Positions 12,428 through 19,269 of a stretch of DNA of 19,509 nucleotides are shown here, piece after piece. The notes beneath the pieces were generated by a model. That model did not search any database. It was not told where the DNA came from and saw nothing but the letters and a program-made list of their open reading frames with translations. The translations under genes and the position numbers were made by a program. Positions within the stretch are counted from its first letter, which is position 1, and each line of letters opens with the position of its first letter. Source of the DNA: a virus; IMG/VR virus record IMGVR_UViG_3300045988_079527, positions 1-19,509 of that record, one strand, 5' to 3'.

Positions 12428-12491
12428 ATTCATTTTGGCAGTCTTAGCTGCGGTTTACGCTTTGCGCACGCTGTCTAAGAAAGGGGAATGA
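12414..12491 (+). CDS. Hydrophobic micro-protein, 25 aa (MKTIKFILAVLAAVYALRTLSKKGE)
   Basis: SD AAAGAGGTGG lies 3-4 nt before ATG 12414. It has a single TM-like helix and a basic C-terminus. It fills the gap between two genes. Confidence 0.45.
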   Translation: MKTIKFILAVLAAVYALRTLSKKGE

Positions 12492-12494
12492 TCA

Positions 12495-12827
12495 ATGGGA
12501 CTTTCGTCAAAGAAGAAGACCTCTAGGAAGTGGTACACGGATAGTTTGACTATTTCAAGCGCTATCTTAGTCGTCAGTCTGGTCGTTAACATGCTGTCAG
12601 TCTACTACGTCCTGACAGTGCCACGTAGGGCAGAAACAGTGACTATCCATAAAGTGGATAACGTGGGCGCAGAGATGCACGGCAAGGTTACTGGAAAAGA
12701 GAAAATTAATGATCTCTACACTATCGATTGTGGGGCTTACGGCAAGTTTCTTGTCAGCAAGGAGCAATACAACAGTGTGAACGTCGGGGATGATATCCCT
12801 AGCTATTTAAGAGGGCGTGGCTCATGA
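12495..12827 (+). CDS. Single-pass membrane-anchored protein, 110 aa
   Basis: SD AAAGGGGA precedes the ATG. A basic N-terminus is followed by the TM helix LTISSAILVVSLVVNMLSVYYVL. An ATGA-type overlap links it to the next gene. Confidence 0.7.
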   Translation: MGLSSKKKTSRKWYTDSLTISSAILVVSLVVNMLSVYYVLTVPRRAETVTIHKVDNVGAEMHGKVTGKEKINDLYTIDCGAYGKFLVSKEQYNSVNVGDDIPSYLRGRGS

Positions 12828-13534
12828 GTAAAACCTACAAATATTCCGGACTGACCAAGGAGCTGTATCAGCGCTTAGTTATTGAACATGCAGCACTGAG
12901 AAAAGCACACAAAAAAGGCTCTTATAAGCAGTTCTTCCAAGACGTTAAACAGTGCAGTGAGTTACAAGCTCGCATCATTTACCAAGCGTTTAATAGCGCA
13001 GTCGTTGAACGTGCGAGGATATCGCCAGCGACTGTCGATAGGTTAGAAGGTATCATTTCAGACGAGCTTTATAGCGACCTAAAAGCATATCTGTCTGAAA
13101 ACTACACAAGAGGGAGAGTTACTCGACCAACCGTAGATACAAGTAATGCGGGATTGCCAGAAGAACTTTTCAAGCAGTTTCGTGTGGAAGTAGAAGAACT
13201 TCGGGCGAATTATAAGAATAGCCTAGCTAAATACATCATGGACGTTAAAGGCTGCGATAGAAAAGAAGCTAACAGAATCAAGGACTCAATCAATCGCTGC
13301 TATGTCGAATGTATCGTCCTAACACCACTCAAGGTCATCCAAATGGAAGGGCTACTTTCAAGAGAGCTTTTCAGCGAAATTATTGATTATGTATTTAATA
13401 ACTATGAATGGAGCGAGAGATTAGACAATGAAATTGACCGCATCATTCTTAAATATAGAACTAAGGGCAAGATAGGTCGTAAGAAACCCAGTGTTAAACG
13501 TGCTCTATATACGGCATTGGCAATGGGTTTGTAG
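12824..13534 (+). CDS. Hypothetical protein, 236 aa, built from two tandem ~90-aa homologous halves
   Basis: GLTKELYQRL...DVKQCSELQA...LEGIISDELYSDLKAYLSENY aligns with GLPEELFKQF...DVKGCDRKEA...MEGLLSRELFSEIIDYVFNNY. The C-terminus is basic. Confidence 0.7.
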   Translation: MSKTYKYSGLTKELYQRLVIEHAALRKAHKKGSYKQFFQDVKQCSELQARIIYQAFNSAVVERARISPATVDRLEGIISDELYSDLKAYLSENYTRGRVTRPTVDTSNAGLPEELFKQFRVEVEELRANYKNSLAKYIMDVKGCDRKEANRIKDSINRCYVECIVLTPLKVIQMEGLLSRELFSEIIDYVFNNYEWSERLDNEIDRIILKYRTKGKIGRKKPSVKRALYTALAMGL

Positions 13535-13575
13535 CCAGAATGGTATAGACGGTTCGATTCCGTCACTGGCTATCA
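13532..13575 (+). other. tRNA-like minihelix (acceptor stem plus T-arm only); truncated tRNA remnant or mimic
   Basis: TAGCCAG (13532-13538) pairs with CTGGCTA (13566-13572). The T-arm is GACGG-TTCGATT-CCGTC (13548-13564), with the canonical GGTTCGAnTCC signature. AATGGTATAGA resembles a D-loop. There is no anticodon arm and no CCA. Confidence 0.5.
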
Positions 13576-13772
13576 GTCTGTCACACTATATTTGGTGGCT
13601 AAGACACTTTTTAACACTTTTTCGACACAGGCAAGCTGACAGACCTTGCTCAAACAAAACCCAGCAAATTTAAGAAAAAAGGATGTGAAACGCCCTCTTT
13701 CTTATCGATATCGCATTACTAAAAAAAGCCAAAGATATTGCTGGTGTCAACGGCTAGAAGGAGGTGATAAAA

Positions 13773-13843
13773 GGCCCAAGAAACAACCCAAAAACAAATA
13801 CATTAATCTTTCCCTTGTAAAACCTCTTAATGTTTTTTGGGCC
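13773..13843 (+). other. 13-bp helix (12 Watson-Crick pairs plus 1 G-U) closing a 45-nt loop in the ORF-poor region
   Basis: GGCCCAAGAAACA (13773-13785) pairs with TGTTTTTTGGGCC (13831-13843). The single non-Watson-Crick position is a G-U on the + strand. Confidence 0.35.
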
Positions 13844-13919
13844 AAACAAAAAAAGACCGACACAATGGCCGGCACTCTTTGGAAGTCAACACTACTATTA
13901 TACCAAAGAGGACAGAACA

Positions 13920-14336
13920 ATGCTATTGCCGGAAATTGATGAGAAAGCAACTATCAGAGGTTGCAAGCGTAAACTTCGAGAATATCCAAGATGGCGAGAG
14001 ATAGCACACGATAGCGCCGAGCAGAAGATTACACAAGAGTTCACTTTTATGCCAAGAGGTGGCAGCGGAGTGAGCAGGCCAGTGGAAAATATCGCAGTTA
14101 GGCGTGTTGATGCTATGAACGAGCTAGAAGCCATAGAGCAAGCAGTTAGCGGGCTATATCGTCCAGACTATCGCAGAATACTGATAGAGAAATATCTGGC
14201 TTATCCACCTAAACCAAACTGGCAAATCGCCCAAGCAATAGGATTCGAAAGGACAGCCTTTCAAGAGCTACTTAATAATGCTATCCTAGCTTTTGCAGAA
14301 CTGTACAGAAACGGTCAATTAGTCGTAGAACGCTGA
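13920..14336 (+). CDS. ArpU-family late-gene transcriptional regulator
   Basis: SD AAGAGGA lies 7 nt before ATG 13920. The sequence is MLLPEIDEKATIRGCKRKLREYPRWREIA...RRVDAMNELEAIEQAVSGL...RRILIEKYL, which is typical of ArpU. It sits immediately upstream of the terminase genes. Confidence 0.8.
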   Translation: MLLPEIDEKATIRGCKRKLREYPRWREIAHDSAEQKITQEFTFMPRGGSGVSRPVENIAVRRVDAMNELEAIEQAVSGLYRPDYRRILIEKYLAYPPKPNWQIAQAIGFERTAFQELLNNAILAFAELYRNGQLVVER

Positions 14337-14370
14337 AATTTCGGTATTTTGACGGTTAAAGCTCGGTATC

Positions 14371-14398
14371 TTACAACTGTTTAAAGTGGTATTATTAT
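14371..14398 (+). promoter_or_regulatory. Candidate late promoter (TTACAA-16 nt-TATTAT, or extended -10 TGgTATTAT) preceded by TCGGTAT repeats
   Basis: TTACAA is at 14371-14376, TATTAT at 14393-14398, and TGgTATTAT at 14387-14395. (T/C)GGTAT motifs occur at 14341, 14363 and 14387, spaced about 22-24 nt apart. Confidence 0.35.
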
Positions 14399-14416
14399 AT
14401 TATCGAAGAAAATCAG

Positions 14417-14446
14417 AGACAGCTCACTTTGTGGGTTGTCTTTTTC
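14417..14446 (+). terminator. Rho-independent terminator-like hairpin directly upstream of the terS SD
   Basis: An 11-bp stem pairs AGACAGCTCAC (14417-14427) with GTGGGTTGTCT (14431-14441) and includes 2 G-U pairs. The loop is TTT. A T run follows at 14441-14445. Confidence 0.6.
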
Positions 14447-14464
14447 AGTATCAGAAAGGAGTTG

Positions 14465-14908
14465 ATGGAAAATGGGATGACCGAGAAACAAATAAAGTTT
14501 GCCGATGAGTACATCATCAGCCTAAATGCTTCCCAAGCATATAAGAAGGCTTATCCTAATATTAAAAACAATGATGTTGCGAAAGCTAACGGAAGTAGAC
14601 TGCTTGCTAAAGCTAACATCAAGGCTTATATAGACGAGCAACTCGAGAAATTAAAGTCGGAACGTGTTGCGGATCAACAAGAGGTCATGGAGTTTCTCAC
14701 TGCCGTCATGCGTGGAGAGGTTGAAGAACCCTTGCTTGTTCTAGATGGCGAGGGTATGCAACGCATTGCTCAAGCTAAGCCGAATGTTGCCACCCGTCGA
14801 GCTGCGGCAGTTGATATCGGCAAACGTTACAGAATGTGGACAGATAAGGTCGAAGCCGATGTAACGCAAGATATCAACATCAATGTCGGTGAATGGGATG
14901 ACGATTAA
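14465..14908 (+). CDS. terS: Terminase small subunit
   Basis: SD GAAAGGAG lies upstream. The sequence MTEKQIKFADEYIISLNASQAYKKAYPN...GSRLLAKANIKAYIDEQL is a typical TerS N-terminal HTH. The start is ambiguous between ATG 14465 and ATG 14477. Confidence 0.85.
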   Translation: MENGMTEKQIKFADEYIISLNASQAYKKAYPNIKNNDVAKANGSRLLAKANIKAYIDEQLEKLKSERVADQQEVMEFLTAVMRGEVEEPLLVLDGEGMQRIAQAKPNVATRRAAAVDIGKRYRMWTDKVEADVTQDININVGEWDDD

Positions 14909-16163
14909 TCTTGAAATCAATCCAAGTAGGGTGTTTAATCGGCATATCTATGAACATCTATTTGATTACGACACCTTCACCGAGGTACACTACGGCGGAG
15001 CATCTAGCGGTAAGAGTCACGGGGTCTTCCAGAAGATAGTCCTCAAGGCTCTTAGAAAGTGGGATAAACCCCGTAAAATATTGATATTGCGAAAAGTAGG
15101 CTCTACGGTTCGGGACTCAGTGTTTGCGGATGTGCAGGCAGCCTTGTCTTATTTCGGTGTGCTTAATCTATGCAAGGTTAACATGAGCGCATTCCGTATT
15201 GAGTTACCAAACGGTGCTGAGTTGATATTCAAAGGGATGGATAACCCAGAGAAAATCAAGTCAATCAAAGGTATTTCAGACGTAGTAATGGAAGAAGCGT
15301 CAGAGTTTACGCTTGATGATTACACGCAGCTAACACTTCGCTTGAGGGATAAGGCCCACAAACAAAAACAAATCTATTTGATGTTTAACCCAGTGTCTAA
15401 AGCTAACTGGGTATATAACGCATTCTTTGTGAAGAACCCAAAAAATACGGTGGTTTATCAAACGACGTACAAGGATAATCGCTTTCTGGATGACTTGACC
15501 AAGGAGAATATCGAGGAGCTAGCCAACCGAAACGAAGCCTATTATAAAATCTATGCGTTGGGTGAGTTTGCCACTCTTGACAAACTAGTATTTCCGAAGT
15601 ATGAAAAGAGATTACTCAATAAGGACGAGCTTAAACAGCTACCGTCCTTTTTTGGTCTTGACTTTGGTTTTACAAACGACCCAACGGCGTTTATGCACGT
15701 CAAAATAGACCGAGAGAATAAGCGGCTATATATCCTAGAGGAGTACGTCAAAAAGGGCTTGCTTAACAACCAGATAGCAGAAGCCATCACTAGCCTTGGC
15801 TACTCAAAAGAGGTGATTATGGCCGATTCAGCAGAGCAGAAATCCATTGCTGAATTGCAAACGCTGGGCTTGCGTCGAGCTATTCCAGTAGACAAGGGCA
15901 AAGGTTCGGTTCTGCAAGGGATTCAATTCTTGCAGCAGTTCGACATCATCGTTGACGAAAGATGTGTCAAGACGATTGAGGAGCTTGAAAACTATACATG
16001 GCAAAAAGATAAGCATACAAACGAGTACATCAACAAGCCGTGCGATAGCTATAACCACTGTATCGACGCTATTAGGTACGCACTGCAGAACCTTATTTTC
16101 GTCAAGGATAGGCAGGACGTAGACGCTAAGATAAGACGGGTTAACAAACTGATAAGGAGATAG
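14883..16163 (+). CDS. terL: Terminase large subunit (PBSX/XtmB-like)
   Basis: Walker A is HYGGASSGKSHGV. The size is 426 aa. It sits between terS and the portal gene and overlaps terS by 26 nt. ATG 14898 is an alternative start. Confidence 0.9.
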   Translation: MSVNGMTINLEINPSRVFNRHIYEHLFDYDTFTEVHYGGASSGKSHGVFQKIVLKALRKWDKPRKILILRKVGSTVRDSVFADVQAALSYFGVLNLCKVNMSAFRIELPNGAELIFKGMDNPEKIKSIKGISDVVMEEASEFTLDDYTQLTLRLRDKAHKQKQIYLMFNPVSKANWVYNAFFVKNPKNTVVYQTTYKDNRFLDDLTKENIEELANRNEAYYKIYALGEFATLDKLVFPKYEKRLLNKDELKQLPSFFGLDFGFTNDPTAFMHVKIDRENKRLYILEEYVKKGLLNNQIAEAITSLGYSKEVIMADSAEQKSIAELQTLGLRRAIPVDKGKGSVLQGIQFLQQFDIIVDERCVKTIEELENYTWQKDKHTNEYINKPCDSYNHCIDAIRYALQNLIFVKDRQDVDAKIRRVNKLIRR

Positions 16164-16164
16164 A

Positions 16165-17664
16165 ATGACGAACACAACACATAGTGCTGACGACATTTTA
16201 CATGAAGGACAGTACATTCCTAGATCATACCAATTCGAGCGAGACATGGAACCGACTAGTTTGCAGAAACGTGAAGACTTCCTTCGCTTTCCCAAAGAAG
16301 CTAATACACACTTCATGGCTCAATCAGCGGACGACCTAGTGAACACGTTTGAAGGGCGTGAGAAGTTAGAAAAGATGGTAGCTCAGTTCCAAGACGGACA
16401 GATAGACCGCTTGAATATCCTAGAGAGCTACTCGAACGGGAACAACTACACGATTCTAAATGGCCGTAAGCGACTAGAACCAGAGAAAGCTGACTACCGT
16501 ATTAGGCATGATCTGGGCGGACAAGCTAGCCGCTTCTTCACTGGTTATACGGTGGGTCAACCTATTTCAATTGGTGCTACTGACACTGACAGCGACTTGA
16601 CGGCTATTGATGACTTCAACGCTTACAACGACATTGAAGCTCTGAACCGTGAGTTAGTCTATGACGCTTCACGTTTTGGGCGAGCGTTTGAGCTGCATTA
16701 TTATGATGAGTTTGGCAATCCAGCAGTGGTCTTGATTGATGCAAGGGAGATGTTCACAATCCGTAGCGCAGACGTCCGAAAGGATATCATTGCGGCTGTT
16801 CATTGTCCAGTATACAACGGTGAAATGTTTGTCACAGTTTACACCGACAACAAGATTGTCAGCTATGATCCAAACTGGCAGGAAATTGAACGCAAAGAAA
16901 ACCCATTTGGAATGGTGCCAGTGGTTGAATGGCAAAACAACCGAGAACGTTCGGGAGACTGGGAGAAAGGTATTCCAATCATTGACGCTTACGACGCAGC
17001 AGAGTCAGACACGGCTAACTATATGTCAGACCTTAACGATGCCATGCTTGTTATCAAGGGGGATGTTGAAAGTACCGGCATGAATGCGTCCGACATCATG
17101 AAAATGAAACACGCTAACATGCTAGTGCTTGAGAGCGGTGTTGGACACAACGGACAGCAAACGTCACTAGATGCCGGCTATATCTACAAACAATACGATG
17201 TGAGCGGTGTTGAAGCGTACAAGTCACGCTTGATTAAAGACTTCTTCCGAATTGTCGGGCTACCTAACTTGCAAGACGATTCGACTTTCTCAGCTACGTC
17301 TGGGATTGCTATCCGCTATAAGCTCGTTGACTTGCAGCAAGTTACAGCCGTGAAGCGTGGGTTCTTTGTTAAGGCGCTCAGACGACGCTATAAGTTGCTT
17401 GAGTTGCTATCTAACAACCTCAAAGGGATCGAACCAGTGGACGCTGACATGCTGACATTCACATTTCATGAGAACCTGCCAACGGACGTATGGGCTGAGA
17501 TTCAATCTGCTATCAATTCCGGCATGGAAATCTCACAAGAGACGCTTATGGAATCAGCTAGCTTCACCGATGCACGCAAAGAAAAGAGCCGTTTGCTCAA
17601 AGAGGGCGGGGCTACTGATCTAGAAGTTAGCCAGATTGTAGGTGTTGAGGATGATGACGAATAA
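16165..17664 (+). CDS. Portal protein (SPP1 Gp6-like)
   Basis: SD AAGGAG precedes the ATG. It is 499 aa and lies immediately after terL. The C-terminus is acidic. Confidence 0.85.
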   Translation: MTNTTHSADDILHEGQYIPRSYQFERDMEPTSLQKREDFLRFPKEANTHFMAQSADDLVNTFEGREKLEKMVAQFQDGQIDRLNILESYSNGNNYTILNGRKRLEPEKADYRIRHDLGGQASRFFTGYTVGQPISIGATDTDSDLTAIDDFNAYNDIEALNRELVYDASRFGRAFELHYYDEFGNPAVVLIDAREMFTIRSADVRKDIIAAVHCPVYNGEMFVTVYTDNKIVSYDPNWQEIERKENPFGMVPVVEWQNNRERSGDWEKGIPIIDAYDAAESDTANYMSDLNDAMLVIKGDVESTGMNASDIMKMKHANMLVLESGVGHNGQQTSLDAGYIYKQYDVSGVEAYKSRLIKDFFRIVGLPNLQDDSTFSATSGIAIRYKLVDLQQVTAVKRGFFVKALRRRYKLLELLSNNLKGIEPVDADMLTFTFHENLPTDVWAEIQSAINSGMEISQETLMESASFTDARKEKSRLLKEGGATDLEVSQIVGVEDDDE

Positions 17665-18610
17665 TGAACGCTACAATGCTGAACGAAAAGCACAATCAGA
17701 CCTAATAAAGCGTGACATAGAGCGTGACGAGGTCTTAAAAGAGCTCTATCAAGCGTCGTATAACCGTATGCAGAGCCAAATAAACGGATTTTACATGCGC
17801 TACGCTGACAAAGAGGGGCTAAGTCGTGCCGAAGCTATGAAGCGAGCTAATGAGTTCGATGTTACTGAGTACAAAGACCGGGCTAGGAAGGCAGTAGTCG
17901 AGAAAGATTTCTCACACGGCACTAACCAATGGCTAAGACTGTTTAACTTGAAAATGAAAGTCAGTCGATTGGAGCTACTCAAGGCAGAATTAAGACTTGA
18001 AATAGCTAGTCTTATATCAGACGTTAACGAAGTCTTTGATGAAGCGCGTGAGAACGAATACTTAGCCGAATTTAAACGTCAAGCGGGCATCTTGGGCAAT
18101 TCTGCTGTCAATGCGGTAAGTCGTATGAGAGCAATTTTAGACGCTGATTTCTACGGGCAGAATTTTAGCCGTAGAGTTTGGGGGCAGGAATGGACTTCAT
18201 GCAAGTATGCAGAAGGATGTGTTTAGCTCGTTAGCACGTATCTTCACCGACATGAACGGTTTTAAGCAGGAACGGCAGCGATTAGCTAAGAAATATAACA
18301 CAAGCCAAGCCAACGCCCAACGGCTACTCAAGACCGAAATAGCTCGCATTAATGCTGATACAGAATTGATGTTGTTGAAGGAGAACGACTTCACACATTT
18401 GATCTATGTTGCAGAAAGTGGGGCTTGCGATATCTGTAAGCCTTTGGATAGAAAAGCCATACCAATCAACAAAGGGCGGAAAAAGGGGTTAACATGTACC
18501 CAATGCACCCTAACTGTCGTTGTTCGGCGTATGGACATATCAAAATGGAATATAAAGCCGGCGGCAGCACGCTTGATGAAGAAGCTGTTAACGGCGTTTG
18601 GGGCGAGTAA
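17651..18610 (+). pseudogene. Head morphogenesis protein (Mu-F / SPP1 gp7 family) interrupted by two frameshifts
   Basis: Three consecutive segments lie in frames A, A+1 and A again. Segment 1 ends in ...FSRRVWG at the G5 run 18180-18184. Segment 2 encodes NGLHASMQKDVFSSLARI...TEIARINADTE...GACDICKPLDRKAIP. Segment 3 starts after the A5G4 tract at 18480-18488 and encodes GVNMYPMHPNCRCSAYGHI...WGE* (stop 18608-18610). PMHPNCRC is the family hallmark. Confidence 0.8.
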
Positions 18611-18774
18611 GCCCTTGTCCAGACCGTGCTGAGGACGTTATAAAAGCTGCATGAGTTCGTCGAGGTTGGACGTAAAAGCGTAAAGAAAGGAGCCTATCAT
18701 GGCAGAAAAAAGAACTTGAAACAGTTGAGAATCCTCAAGAGGTTGAAGCTAGCCAACCAGAAAAAGAGGAGAAG

Positions 18775-19251
18775 ATGGTGTCAGTTGCTGAGATGCAGCG
18801 TAGACTCAAGCAGATGGAAGAAAAACATACTCTTGAAATCGCTGATATGCAAACCGGTATTCAATCTCAAATCGAGGAAGCCGTTGCTAAAGCTAAAATG
18901 AGTGAAGAAGAACTTCAAGAGCTGCAACAGAAACAGCGGGATAAAGAATTCGAAGAAGCCCAGAGCACAATTGCAGCACTTCAAGCCCAAATCGCTCAAC
19001 GTCAAATGCAGGATATCGCTATTAAAGAGCTCGAAGCTCAAGGTGTGCCTGTCAATGAGTCAACGCTCGCTTTCGTTGTCAAAGGCGATGAAGAAGCTAC
19101 TAAGCTAGCTGTTTCAAACATGGCTAACATCTTAAACTTGCAGAAACGAGAGGAAGCCAAAGCTCTACCACCTCGCACAAGCGGTGGAGAGGAAGGGCGT
19201 TCACATCGTGGAAAAGACAAGTTTGATAAAGCCAAAATCACTAATTTCTAA
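18775..19251 (+). CDS. Scaffolding protein (DUF4355-like, coiled-coil); the true start is probably ATG 18699, cut off by a frame break at the A6 run
   Basis: It is a Q/E/A-rich coiled-coil sequence between the head-morphogenesis and capsid genes. ATG 18699 has an ideal SD (AAAGGAG, 7 nt upstream) but stops after 6 codons. The scaffold frame is open back to 18676. Confidence 0.8.
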   Translation: MVSVAEMQRRLKQMEEKHTLEIADMQTGIQSQIEEAVAKAKMSEEELQELQQKQRDKEFEEAQSTIAALQAQIAQRQMQDIAIKELEAQGVPVNESTLAFVVKGDEEATKLAVSNMANILNLQKREEAKALPPRTSGGEEGRSHRGKDKFDKAKITNF

Positions 19252-19269
19252 TTTAAGAAAGGAGAGCGC

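Noticed and set aside
13491-13950. Track ORFs 13491-13673 (+), 13646-13939 (+) and 13747-13950 (-) in the early/late boundary region
   Set aside because: They have no SD sequences. Their composition is extremely basic or low-complexity (KKQPKNK, RYRITKK). They overlap each other and the tRNA-like element. The region is better explained as non-coding or structured, or as a degraded gene.
15828-16316. 162-aa minus-strand ORF spanning the terL/portal junction, and 15551-15790 (-)
   Set aside because: Both are antisense to two confidently identified structural genes. Neither has an SD or promoter or any recognisable motif.
16645-16652. AACCGTGA half-site of the 17-bp palindrome inside the portal gene
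   Set aside because: It is only 8 nt with no partner half. A match of this size is expected by chance in about 39 kb of two-strand sequence.
17651-18610. Programmed ribosomal frameshifting as the explanation for the split Mu-F gene
   Set aside because: It would need two separate shifts in opposite directions with no recognisable slippery heptamer and stimulator pair. Homologues that I know are single ORFs. Indels at homopolymers are the simpler explanation.
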